DNA of 64,000 nucleotides from Minisyncoccota bacterium (lineage in GTDB: Bacteria > Patescibacteriota > Minisyncoccia > Phycocordibacterales > PALSA-1337), in contig JBAZBL010000004.1 of the NCBI GenBank assembly GCA_041671485.1, positions 14,445 through 78,444 on the forward strand. Direction: 5' to 3'. This document shows, one piece after another, positions 55,273-64,000 of this stretch. How positions within the stretch are numbered: position 1 is the first letter of the stretch; every line of letters starts with the position of its first letter. The notes below the pieces were generated by a model. That model was not told the origin of the DNA. It did no database searches and saw only the letters and a program-made list of their open reading frames with translations. Position numbers and translations under genes: made by a program.

Positions 55273-56193
55273 ATGTCTATTTTCCAGATCCAAAATTCAA
55301 AGCTGATCGCTATAAGGGATAAAGATGTAGAACTTGAGAAAGATATTCAGAAATTGACGGAAGAAAATCTTGAAACCGTATTTGGTTTACAATTTATCAG
55401 AACGGAGTTTCCTCTTGGTGATTTTAGAATCGATACTCTTGCTTTTGACAATGAGTCAAATTCATTCGTGATTATTGAATACAAACGAGATAGGAGTTTT
55501 AGTGTTATTGATCAAGGATATTCTTATCTTGCTCTAATGCTTAATAATAAAGCAGACTTTATTCTTGAATACAACGAAAAACTTCAGACCAATCTTAGAA
55601 AAGATGATGTAGATTGGTCTCAGTCCCGTGTTATTTTTCTGGCAAAGTCATTCAATCGGTATCAGCAAAATGCTATCAATTTTCGCGACCTTCCAATTGA
55701 ATTGTGGGAAGTAAAGAACTATGACAATTCAACTATTCTTTACAATCAACTTCTTTCTCCTGAAGCGAAAGAATCAGTAAAATCTATCACTAGAAATAAG
55801 ACTATAGAAAACGTAACCAAAGAGGTAAAAGTTTATACTATTGAAGATCATACTAATCATATAAATAAAGATACTAGGGACCTTTTTGAAATGATTCGTG
55901 AAAAGATTTTAGCTTTAGGTGGTAATATTGAAGAGAGACCTAAGAAAAAATATATCGCATATAGAACACATCAAGCATTTTTATATGTGCACATTCAACA
56001 GTCACAAATAAAATTACATATCATTATTGGTAAATCAAAATTAAACGACCCCAAAGGAATCACTAGGGATGTTTCAAAAGTTGGTCATTATGGTGGGGGG
56101 GTAACTGAAATTGTTCTAACTAAAATGGAAGAAATTTCATATATAATGACGTTAATTGAGCAGTCTTTTAATTCTTCTAAAAGTAGTTTCTAG
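55273..56193 (+). CDS. PD-(D/E)xK nuclease-fold protein with a C-terminal DUF5655-like domain
   Basis: The RIDTLAFD...VIIEYKRD motif places D...E.K in a restriction-endonuclease-like core. Confidence 0.45.
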   Translation: MSIFQIQNSKLIAIRDKDVELEKDIQKLTEENLETVFGLQFIRTEFPLGDFRIDTLAFDNESNSFVIIEYKRDRSFSVIDQGYSYLALMLNNKADFILEYNEKLQTNLRKDDVDWSQSRVIFLAKSFNRYQQNAINFRDLPIELWEVKNYDNSTILYNQLLSPEAKESVKSITRNKTIENVTKEVKVYTIEDHTNHINKDTRDLFEMIREKILALGGNIEERPKKKYIAYRTHQAFLYVHIQQSQIKLHIIIGKSKLNDPKGITRDVSKVGHYGGGVTEIVLTKMEEISYIMTLIEQSFNSSKSSF

Positions 56194-56235
56194 TGATAAT
56201 AGGAATTTCAGCTAGAGAGCTTTTTAAATAAACCT

Positions 56236-57285
56236 ATGGCTACTAAATCATTAAATAGTAATCTACATAAAGCAGGTAGAGCAAAGCAAGACGAGTTTTA
56301 TACCCAGCTTATTGATATTGAAAAAGAATTAAAGCACTACAAAGAACAGTTTCGAGGTAAGGTGGTGTATTGCAACTGCGACGATCCGTTTGAAAGCAAT
56401 TTTTTCAAATATTTTGCCACCAACTTTAATGCGCTTGGTCTCAAAAAGTTAATCACTACCAGTTTTACAAAGTCGCCAATTGCCGGAGGGCAGTTGCCGC
56501 TCTTTGAAGTCAAAGGTCTAAAACCGAAAGGTAAAGAGCCGTTTAAAATTGAGCTTAATGAAGTAACCGATAGCAATGCCGACGGCGCTGTTGGGATTGC
56601 CGATGTGAAATGGCTTTTGAAAAACGATGCCAACATCGCCACTGCTCTAAAGGGCGACGGAGATTTTCGCAGTGATGAGTGTATTGAACTGCTTAAAGAG
56701 GCAGATATTGTCGTAACCAACCCGCCGTTTTCGCTCTTTCGTGAGTATGTAGCGCAACTTGTGGAATATAATAAAAAGTTTTTGATTCTAGGCGACCAAA
56801 ATGCAGTAACCTATAAAGAAACCTTCGGTTTTATCAAAGAAAATAAATTATGGCATGGTTACGATAATGGTGGTACAAAATGGTTTCAGGTTCCTAATGA
56901 TTATGACATTGAAACAGAGTCAAGAATAAAAATTGAAAACGGTACAAAGTTTTTCAGTATGGGTAGAATTGTATGGTATACAAACCTCGACACTACAAAA
57001 CGTCATGAAAAAATAGAATTATATAAGAAATATTCGTCAGAAGAATTTCCTAAATACGATAACTACAACGTAATAAATGTTGATAAGGTAGCCGATATAC
57101 CAATGGATTATAAGGGAGTAATGGGCGTACCGATTACCTTTGTTGATAAATATAGTCCAGCACAGTTTGAAATATTGGGCGTTGCAAATTCTGCAAGATG
57201 GATCGGTTACGAATGTTTTACTTTAATTGAAGGTAGAAAAATATATAATCGAATTTTAATTAAAAATAAGAAGGTAAAAAAATAA
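56236..57285 (+). CDS. N6-adenine DNA methyltransferase, M.EcoRI family
   Basis: The IVVTNPPFS catalytic motif, plus N-terminal KQDEFYTQ and VVYCNCDDPFESNFFKYF regions typical of EcoRI-type methylases. GC-rich relative to the genome. Confidence 0.75.
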   Translation: MATKSLNSNLHKAGRAKQDEFYTQLIDIEKELKHYKEQFRGKVVYCNCDDPFESNFFKYFATNFNALGLKKLITTSFTKSPIAGGQLPLFEVKGLKPKGKEPFKIELNEVTDSNADGAVGIADVKWLLKNDANIATALKGDGDFRSDECIELLKEADIVVTNPPFSLFREYVAQLVEYNKKFLILGDQNAVTYKETFGFIKENKLWHGYDNGGTKWFQVPNDYDIETESRIKIENGTKFFSMGRIVWYTNLDTTKRHEKIELYKKYSSEEFPKYDNYNVINVDKVADIPMDYKGVMGVPITFVDKYSPAQFEILGVANSARWIGYECFTLIEGRKIYNRILIKNKKVKK

Positions 57286-57286
57286 T

Positions 57287-58396
57287 ATGAAAATTGATTT
57301 ACATAAAATTTCTGTGCGCGAAGTATTTGGTGGCTACAAAGACAGTGCCGAAGAAGGAGTGGTAGCTTATGGAGGTAAGCTAGATATTCGCCCAAAATAC
57401 CAGCGGGAATTTGTCTACAAGCCCGAGCAACGTGATGCGGTCATGCATACTGTTCAACATCAATTTCCGCTTAATGTCATGTATTGGATAGAAAATAGCG
57501 CCGGAAACTATGAGTTGCTTGATGGTCAACAGCGTACACTAAGCATTTGTCAGTACGTGAGCGGCGACTATTCCATTCATGACCGCTATTTCCATAATCT
57601 CACCAAGGAAGAAAAAGACCAGATACTCGACTACGAGCTCATGATCTACTTTTGTGACGGCACCGATAAGGAGCGCATTGAATGGTTTGAAGTTATAAAT
57701 ACAGCTGGTGAAAAACTTACCCCGCAGGAGTTGCTTAACGCCGTCTACACTGGACCATGGCTCTCGGATGCAAAACTCAAATTCAGTAAAACGGGCTGCG
57801 TATCCTATCATTTGGCAAATGATGGCGGAGCATTAGTCAGCGGATCGCCAATTCGGCAAGAGTATCTGGAAACCGCACTTTCGTGGATAAACAACGGTGA
57901 AGTGGCGGGCTACATGGCTAAACACCAGCACGACAAGAACGCTGACAAATTGTGGGACTATTTCCAAAATGTAATTGATTGGGTACGGAAAACATTTACC
58001 AATTATCGTCGAGAAATGAACAGCGTGGGGTGGGGTGAGTTGTATAACGAATTTAAAGACAAAAAACTGAATGCCGAGAAACTGGAGACCGAAATCAAAG
58101 AGTTGATGCAAGACGAAGATGTAACGAAAAAATCTGGTGTTTATCCGTATGTATTGACGAGACAAGAAAAATATCTTTCAATTCGTGCCTTTACCGATAA
58201 AATGAAGCGCGAGGCATACGAGCGACAAAACGGTATCTGTACAGATTGTAAAAAACAGAAAAAACAGAAAATAAAGTGGGATATTTCTGAAATGGAAGCT
58301 GATCATATAAAACCGTGGCATGAAGGAGGAAGAACAATTGCAGAAAATTGCAAAATGTTATGCAAAGACGATAATCGAGATAAATCAGGAAAATAA
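57287..58396 (+). CDS. DUF262 (ParB-like, DGQQR motif) plus C-terminal HNH nuclease protein
   Basis: The LLDGQQRTLSI hallmark of DUF262/GmrS-like N-domains, and a C-terminal CTDCKK...ADHIKPWHEGGRT...NCKMLCKDDN zinc-finger HNH. Its start is 2 nt after the MTase stop. Confidence 0.7.
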   Translation: MKIDLHKISVREVFGGYKDSAEEGVVAYGGKLDIRPKYQREFVYKPEQRDAVMHTVQHQFPLNVMYWIENSAGNYELLDGQQRTLSICQYVSGDYSIHDRYFHNLTKEEKDQILDYELMIYFCDGTDKERIEWFEVINTAGEKLTPQELLNAVYTGPWLSDAKLKFSKTGCVSYHLANDGGALVSGSPIRQEYLETALSWINNGEVAGYMAKHQHDKNADKLWDYFQNVIDWVRKTFTNYRREMNSVGWGELYNEFKDKKLNAEKLETEIKELMQDEDVTKKSGVYPYVLTRQEKYLSIRAFTDKMKREAYERQNGICTDCKKQKKQKIKWDISEMEADHIKPWHEGGRTIAENCKMLCKDDNRDKSGK

Positions 58397-58410
58397 AATA
58401 GACCAAGATT

Positions 58411-59103
58411 ATGACAGGAATATTCTTTGCACATCCACATACACTTCTAGATCAAGTAGGTAAGGTTATGGACAGAGTCGGTTCTGAAAAATTCTTTTCA
58501 AGTTCAGATGAAAAGGTAAAGAAAGCCAGAGAAGGATTTGTGGCATATTTCTTCACTCTTGCCTTAAAGAAATATACGAGGAGAGATTGGTGGTTGGCGC
58601 AGTATGACCAAGCCACAAGGGCTTACCCAGATTTCGATTTTATATCTTTTGCAGAAAATCCTGATGATATGAAAATGGAACCAGTGGAGCTAACTGGTAT
58701 TTATCCTCACTTCAAATCTTTTGACGAAGCTCTAAAAGTTGTTGAGAAGAAACAGAACCAATATGGTGATAAGTCAGTGAAGTTCAGTTTGTTAGTCTTT
58801 GTTAATCACGAGAAGAGCGAAGAATGGATCAGTCTACTTAGACAGAAAGTAAGTAGTGAGCATCCATTCTTGAGTATATGGACAATACACTTGCGTTTTA
58901 AAGATGGCAGAAAGGAAGTTGGCAAGGCAGTTGCCCAAAGGATTGTGCCATTACCATATCTAAGAGTCGAAGCCAGAACCGATGACCCTGAGATGCATAA
59001 AAGACAACCCCTTCCAACTTATATAGAACAACACCAAGACGGTGAAAATATTTATATTACATTCAAAGCTGAGTTTATTAATAAAATGCGAAGGACTAAG
59101 TAG
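58411..59103 (+). CDS. Hypothetical protein, fourth gene of the defence-like operon
   Basis: 230-aa ORF, co-directional, 14 nt after the HNH gene. Confidence 0.35.
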   Translation: MTGIFFAHPHTLLDQVGKVMDRVGSEKFFSSSDEKVKKAREGFVAYFFTLALKKYTRRDWWLAQYDQATRAYPDFDFISFAENPDDMKMEPVELTGIYPHFKSFDEALKVVEKKQNQYGDKSVKFSLLVFVNHEKSEEWISLLRQKVSSEHPFLSIWTIHLRFKDGRKEVGKAVAQRIVPLPYLRVEARTDDPEMHKRQPLPTYIEQHQDGENIYITFKAEFINKMRRTK

Positions 59104-59365
59104 TAAATACTTACAATCCGATAGATTAATCAATAAAGTAAATCAATCCGTGTGTGCCATCTCCAACTCCGCCTTAATCCCCACAAAGCTTGTATACAAC
59201 GATTCCATATATTCCCAATCTTCTAGTATACTTATAATACCATTTGGACAAGGACTCTTAAACACACATCGCCTTAATAAACATCAACCGATTGTACAAC
59301 CCCTGCATATAATCCCTATCCGAGAAAATGGTTATAATAATCTCTTGTTCGGGGCACCAACATAT

Positions 59366-59740
59366 TTACAACGGCATATCAAATGCAAAGAAACCTGCTC
59401 CTGTTACGAGAAGTGAAATTGCCATGATGAGTAGTAGGAGATAGTAATTGACTCCGTCTGTGAGGAAGGCTTTTCCTCGGATGCGATCTATGAGGCGAAC
59501 AATAAGGTCAATGAGAATAATTAGGGCGGCTAGTTGAGTCCATAGGCCGATAATGAGCATGATTCCCAACAGACCTTCTATGATCTGAATTATTTTAGTA
59601 TTGAGAGAGACATTGTTTGACGATTTGTTTGCACGAAAACTACGATATGCCCAGAATAGAAATACGGCACCGAGAGAAAGGCGGATCAGAAATGGAGAAA
59701 GTTGTTCATATGTAAGTAGTGAAGGGAATATTGAAAGCAT
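59366..59740 (-). CDS. DoxX-family membrane protein
   Basis: 124 aa, four TM helices with the DoxX-like pattern (RL.LG..F...G..K). Confidence 0.45.
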   Translation of the reverse strand: MLSIFPSLLTYEQLSPFLIRLSLGAVFLFWAYRSFRANKSSNNVSLNTKIIQIIEGLLGIMLIIGLWTQLAALIILIDLIVRLIDRIRGKAFLTDGVNYYLLLLIMAISLLVTGAGFFAFDMPL

Positions 59741-59790
59741 ATTGATGTATTTATTATTTTTAGTTAATGTCTATACGTCAAGGTTAGTCC

Positions 59791-60297
59791 TTGATGTGCA
59801 TATCTATGATAACAAAAAAACGAGACATACGCTTGTTGCTCGACAATATACGGAGTGTTCACAACGTAGGTTCCATATTTCGTACAGCCGAAACACTAGG
59901 TATATCAAAGATATATTGCCTAAATACTACCCCTACACCAAAAGACCGCTTTGGTCGTAAAAGAAATGATTTTGCAAAAGTTTCTCTAGGTGCAGAAGAA
60001 ATGATCGATTGGGAAAAGATAAATGATGAATTGTTAGCTATAAAATTGATCAGAACATTGAAAAGGGAAGGATTTGATATTATTGCATTGGAGCAAGCAT
60101 CAGGTTCTATTGATTACAAAAAAGTAAAAATTGGTTCAAAGGTCATGATTATTCTTGGAAATGAAGTCAATGGTATATCAGATGAATTACTAAAAATGGC
60201 TGATACAATTGCCGAGATTCCAATGAAAGGAGAGAAGGAATCTCTCAACGTCTCTATTGCTAGCGGAATATTCTTGTATAGGATTCTCGATAGATAG
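59791..60297 (+). CDS. SPOUT (SpoU/TrmH-type) RNA 2'-O-methyltransferase, TrmL-size
   Basis: Short SpoU fold with GNE..G and the C-terminal IPM.G...SLNVS..A.I motif. The true start may be the Met at 59806. Confidence 0.65.
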   Translation: MMCISMITKKRDIRLLLDNIRSVHNVGSIFRTAETLGISKIYCLNTTPTPKDRFGRKRNDFAKVSLGAEEMIDWEKINDELLAIKLIRTLKREGFDIIALEQASGSIDYKKVKIGSKVMIILGNEVNGISDELLKMADTIAEIPMKGEKESLNVSIASGIFLYRILDR

Positions 60298-60340
60298 TTA
60301 TCCATTCTAGGCTTGGCAAAAATCTGCTAAAATATGGAGG

Positions 60341-61597
60341 ATGAGACATCTCATAATCGCTTGTTTATTGTTTGCTCTTATCGGGGCTCCTTGGATAGTC
60401 AATAACTATCCTCTTCAGTCTCAATATATAACTGATGCAATCGCAAATATTGCTAGTCAACTTGCCGCGGTTATCATGCACAAGCCAAAAACTGTCGCTG
60501 GATTGCAATCAAAATACAATATTTCTGCTACTCGTGGTACAGATAAGATTCACATTCTCTTGGTTCCTGGACATGAGCCAAATTATGGTGGTGCAGAATA
60601 TAGAGATCTTAAGGAAAGAGATATGAATATTGAATTAGCGAATAATTTAGCAGACATACTGAGAAATAATAATAGATATGAAGTTATTGTTGTTAGAGAT
60701 GATAAGTCTTGGTTGCCAGAATTATCAAAGTATTTCAAAGATTCTTGGGGAGAGATAATTGAATGGAAAAATCTATATAAAGAAGAATTTCTTCGTCTCC
60801 AATCAATAGTTGGTACCAATTCGACGAAGCCAAAAGTATATCATAACAGTGCCCCAAATAATGTTGCTTTGCGCCTTTATGGCATCACAAAGTGGGCAAA
60901 TGAAAAGGATATGGATATTGTTATTCATATTCATTTCAATGATAATCCTGGACATTCATCGAATAGTCCTGGGGACCACAGCGGTTTTGCTATATATGTT
61001 CCAGAAGAACAATTTGCAAATAGTACAACCACAAAGACAATTGCAGAATCTATATTTCAAAGATTGGCCAAGTACAATGCAGTAAGTGATCTAAAAGGTG
61101 AAAGTGAAGGGGTAATAGAAGAATCAGAATTGATCGCTATAGGTGTGTACAATACTTCTGATGCACCAAGTATGCTCATAGAGTATGGATATATATATGA
61201 ACAACAATTTGCAAATGAAAGTACAAGAGATCTTGCAATCAAAGATCTTGCTTTCCAGACATATCTCGGAGTACAAGATTTCTTTGGTTCTGGCAATGAC
61301 TATAGTCTTGCTTATGATACGCTTATGTTGCCATATAAGTGGCAAAGGGAGATAAAAATAAATGATGGTCCGAGCAAAGACATTCTCGCATTGCAGACGG
61401 CATTACAATCAAAAGGATGGTACCCACCATCTTCAAGAAGTAAAAATGATTGTCCGAGAACTGGTACTTTCGGTTCATGTACAAAAGCTGCGCTTACTGA
61501 ATTTCAAAGCAAAAAGGGTATAAAAAATGAAAATGGAATAGTTGGCCCAAAGACACTTGATGCACTAAACATAGAATACGGCAATAAAGTTATATAG
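60341..61597 (+). CDS. N-acetylmuramoyl-L-alanine amidase (Amidase_3) with a C-terminal peptidoglycan-binding domain
   Basis: ILLVPGHEP...GA and DIVIHIHFN zinc-site motifs; a C-terminal PG_binding_1-like repeat (LQTALQSKGWY...GIVGPKTLDAL). Confidence 0.75.
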   Translation: MRHLIIACLLFALIGAPWIVNNYPLQSQYITDAIANIASQLAAVIMHKPKTVAGLQSKYNISATRGTDKIHILLVPGHEPNYGGAEYRDLKERDMNIELANNLADILRNNNRYEVIVVRDDKSWLPELSKYFKDSWGEIIEWKNLYKEEFLRLQSIVGTNSTKPKVYHNSAPNNVALRLYGITKWANEKDMDIVIHIHFNDNPGHSSNSPGDHSGFAIYVPEEQFANSTTTKTIAESIFQRLAKYNAVSDLKGESEGVIEESELIAIGVYNTSDAPSMLIEYGYIYEQQFANESTRDLAIKDLAFQTYLGVQDFFGSGNDYSLAYDTLMLPYKWQREIKINDGPSKDILALQTALQSKGWYPPSSRSKNDCPRTGTFGSCTKAALTEFQSKKGIKNENGIVGPKTLDALNIEYGNKVI

Positions 61598-61600
61598 TTT

Positions 61601-62902
61601 CTATTTATTTCTCTTACTCAATTCGTCCTCTATCTCTTCTCTAGCAATACGTGCATCGCTCCATGGTGTTTTGGTGCCACGTAATCCCATAATATATGGA
61701 TCTGTACCTTTGCCTGTTATAAGTATAGAATCTCCTGATTGTGCTCGGTGAATTGCTTCGCGTATCGCTTCTCTACGATCCATCATAATGGTTGGTGTTT
61801 GTGAAGTTATACCATGCGCAACATCGTCAACTATCTTTTTGGGGTCTTCATCATATGGATCTTCATCTGTTAGTATAATCTCATCACAATACTGGTCGGC
61901 AATTCTTCCCATTTCTTTCCTTTTCCAAGAATCTCTACCACCACCAGTACCACCAAGAACGCATATGTTTTTTGATGATTGGAATACCTGATATAGCTTT
62001 TCCAATGAATCTGGTGTATGAGCATAATCAACTATTACAGTAAAGTCTTGTTTGGCGAGATTGGATCTTGCCATATCTGCCTCGATCTTTTGTACTCGTC
62101 CTGGAATACCATCAAACTTTTCTATTGCACGAATTATTGTTTCGTCAGATACTCCCTGACTCTTTGCAGTTGAAGTTGCAGCCAAGATATTGTACAGATT
62201 GAAGAGACCAGACAGTTGCGAATTGACTATCCTATCGTTCAAAGCAAATGATATGTTTTCTCTTTTTATCTCATATGGTCGTGCATCATTTACAGAATAT
62301 GTAATCTTTCTATCGGCATTATATTCTAGGAAACGATAACTTTCTTTATCATCCGCATTTACTATAAGAGCCTTGTTTGGCTTCTTGGATTTGACCAACC
62401 TATCTGCAATAGAAAGTTTGGAGGATACATAATTCTCGTATGAGCCGTGTGCTTCTATATGTTCTGGAGCAAGATTTGTAAATATAAGAGCGTCTAACTG
62501 TATGAAGCGATGACGATATAGTAGGGAACCTTGGGATGTCATTTCTATGATTATATAGTCACATTTATGGTTTACAGCTTTTCTTATGAGTTTCTGTATT
62601 GCAAACCTGCCCGGCATAGTCATTTTGTAGAGATTCTCCGACGAAAGTTCACCAACCTTGAATCTGATTGTACTTGAAAGTGCTGTTTTGTATCCAGACT
62701 CTTCTAGGATTGCATTTAGTATTTCAACCGTTGAGCTTTTGCCTTTTGTTCCAGTAACACCAATAACCTTTATTTTGCGAGAAGGAAATCTATACCAAAG
62801 AGCTGCAAAAAAAGATAGTGTCCAGTGATATATTGGTTGAAAAGTCTTGAAGACAGAAAACGGTATTATACGACGAATTTTTTCTAGTGTATTGTCTATC
62901 AT
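61601..62902 (-). CDS. murE: Mur ligase, UDP-MurNAc-tripeptide synthetase (MurE-like)
   Basis: GVTGTKGKSST P-loop, DYAHTPDSL motif and C-terminal GKG..PY motif. Confidence 0.7.
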   Translation of the reverse strand: MIDNTLEKIRRIIPFSVFKTFQPIYHWTLSFFAALWYRFPSRKIKVIGVTGTKGKSSTVEILNAILEESGYKTALSSTIRFKVGELSSENLYKMTMPGRFAIQKLIRKAVNHKCDYIIIEMTSQGSLLYRHRFIQLDALIFTNLAPEHIEAHGSYENYVSSKLSIADRLVKSKKPNKALIVNADDKESYRFLEYNADRKITYSVNDARPYEIKRENISFALNDRIVNSQLSGLFNLYNILAATSTAKSQGVSDETIIRAIEKFDGIPGRVQKIEADMARSNLAKQDFTVIVDYAHTPDSLEKLYQVFQSSKNICVLGGTGGGRDSWKRKEMGRIADQYCDEIILTDEDPYDEDPKKIVDDVAHGITSQTPTIMMDRREAIREAIHRAQSGDSILITGKGTDPYIMGLRGTKTPWSDARIAREEIEDELSKRNK

Positions 62903-63492
62903 AGTTTTGAAGATGATTGCCCTAGAATTTTTAGAGCAGCTTTTAATTTTGCACTTGTATCATCTGTTGGACCAATATTAACCTTTTTCAAAGCTTGTCT
63001 CGCTTCATCAAGATCATAACCAAGAGATTTGAGAGCATCGAGTACATCGGCATTGCTAGACATTTCTTCACTCATTTCTTCATTACTATCGAAAGTACCG
63101 AGCTTGTCTTTGAGTTCCAATAATATCTTTTCTGCAGTTTTCTTTCCAATTCCAGAGACTTTTACCAAATGATTTATTGAACCAGTCCTTATTGCATTTG
63201 TTAGCGTATCACTCGATACAAGAGATAAAATGTTTAAAGCAGATTTTGGTCCGATACTAGAAACAGTTAAAAGAAGTTCAAAGAAATCATGATCTTTCTT
63301 TGTTGTGAAGCCATACAAGTCTTGTGTATCTTCACGTACCCTGAAGTGAATCCATAGAGATACTTCAGAATCTTTTTTGAAATCATGAATAGTACTTGGA
63401 GTTATATAGATTTTGTATCCAACTCCATTTGTATAGAGCACTATATCTTTTGTATTGATCTCTAGGATTTTACCTCTAAGAAATGCAATCAT
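62899..63492 (-). CDS. ruvA: Holliday junction DNA helicase subunit RuvA
   Basis: N-terminal OB-fold (MIAFLRGKI...GVGY.I), a double HhH (GIGKKTAEKI) and a C-terminal domain III. Confidence 0.9.
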   Translation of the reverse strand: MIAFLRGKILEINTKDIVLYTNGVGYKIYITPSTIHDFKKDSEVSLWIHFRVREDTQDLYGFTTKKDHDFFELLLTVSSIGPKSALNILSLVSSDTLTNAIRTGSINHLVKVSGIGKKTAEKILLELKDKLGTFDSNEEMSEEMSSNADVLDALKSLGYDLDEARQALKKVNIGPTDDTSAKLKAALKILGQSSSKL

Positions 63493-63534
63493 ACTTGCAT
63501 AATAGCATAGATTTGTGCTAATTTGAGAGTCGTT

Positions 63535-63798
63535 ATGGCTATTACTTCTTCTGCCAAAAAAGCATTACGCGCATCAGAAAGAAAGCGCATATTCAACCTA
63601 CGTAGTAAAGCATCTATAGAAAAGGCAATAAAAGCCTTTCGAAAATTGGTAAAAGTAAAAGACAAGGACGGAGCAATGAGTATTACCCCAACTCTATACA
63701 AAGCGCTAGACAAAGCCGCCAAGACTGGATATATCAAGAAGAATACTGCAAGCAGACTGAAGTCTCGGGCTATGGCATCTCTCAATAAGCTAAATTGA
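63535..63798 (+). CDS. rpsT: 30S ribosomal protein S20
   Basis: The N-terminal SAKKA.R.SE.KR. basic helical pattern of S20. The start is probably the internal Met at 63535. Confidence 0.8.
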   Translation: MAITSSAKKALRASERKRIFNLRSKASIEKAIKAFRKLVKVKDKDGAMSITPTLYKALDKAAKTGYIKKNTASRLKSRAMASLNKLN

Positions 63799-63805
63799 AA
63801 ATTAA

Positions 63806-63838
63806 AATCTTTGATCTTTAATCTTTGATTTATATTCT
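63806..63838. repeat. Upstream arm of tctttgat-unit inverted repeats bracketing tRNA-Arg
   Basis: aatctttgatctttaatctttgattt is complementary to 63921-63958 (aagatcaaagattaaaaatcaaagatcaaagatt). Confidence 0.7.
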
Positions 63839-63910
63839 GCCCTCGTCGTTCAACGGATAGGACTCAGGATTGCGGATCCTGTAATAGAGGTTCGATTCCT
63901 CTCGGGGGCA
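63839..63910 (+). tRNA. tRNA-Arg (anticodon GCG)
   Basis: Acceptor GCCCTCG/CGGGGGC, anticodon stem CAGGA/TCCTG with loop TTGCGGA, T-arm AGAGGTTCGATTCCTCT, discriminator A. Confidence 0.7.
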
Positions 63911-64000
63911 CCCGACTGAAAAGATCAAAGATTAAAAATCAAAGATCAAAGATTGATTCACTGTGGCGAACAAAAATAAGATCTAACAAAAAACATCCCG

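Noticed and set aside
63489-63785. 98-aa minus-strand ORF
   Set aside because: It is fully antisense to rpsT (S20), which has a clear family signature on the plus strand.
1-64000. Alternative genetic code (UGA recoding as in some Patescibacteria lineages)
   Set aside because: TGA is used as the terminator of polA (42519-42521) and dnaA. Conserved proteins are full length with the standard code, and a normal tRNA-Trp(CCA) is present.
1-64000. CRISPR arrays and rRNA genes
   Set aside because: No array of regularly spaced direct repeats and no rRNA-like conserved stretches were seen. The only regular repeats are the short palindromes and the tctttgat units around tRNA-Arg.

Overview
This 64 kb window is AT-rich and gene-dense, with short intergenic spacers and many small or reduced housekeeping proteins. 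That fits a small-genome Patescibacteria/CPR-like bacterium, possibly Saccharibacteria-like, but this assignment is an inference. The genetic code is standard: TGA terminates polA and dnaA, and a tRNA-Trp(CCA) is present. The window spans the chromosomal origin region (rpmH-rnpA-yidC divergent from dnaA-dnaN, with DnaA-box-like motifs in both spacers). It also contains many core genes: hup, rny, clpP, rsmE, tig, hppA, uvrD/pcrA, rsmA, PBP1A, ruvC, ruvB, ruvA, pilB, polA, tsaE, murE, amidase, rpsT and three tRNAs. Four features stand out. (1) A ~12 kb co-directional secretion cluster (16.1-28.5 kb) with a VirB4-family ATPase (apparently split into two ORFs), a PrgI/VirB3-like protein, a VirB6-like polytopic membrane protein and many secreted proteins. 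It has no relaxase or coupling protein and sits directly beside the origin. (2) An integrative element at tRNA-Lys (43.8 kb onward). A large serine recombinase overlaps the tRNA 3' half. Next come an iteron-like repeat region with a perfect DnaA box, a primase/helicase-like P-loop protein, hypothetical cargo, and a GC-rich defence module: a PD-(D/E)xK-DUF5655 protein, an M.EcoRI-family N6-adenine methyltransferase and a DUF262(DGQQR)-HNH nuclease. (3) A family of GC-rich palindromic elements that are present in-frame inside essential genes (polA, rsmE, uvrD, tig) and also occur as exact copies in intergenic DNA. This resembles the Rickettsia palindromic element phenomenon, here in a different lineage. 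(4) Several structured non-coding regions, including an RNase P RNA-like segment at 54.6-54.9 kb, a terminator-capped candidate ncRNA between ruvC and ruvB, and a 37-bp perfect inverted repeat after uvrD. No CRISPR array or rRNA gene was seen.
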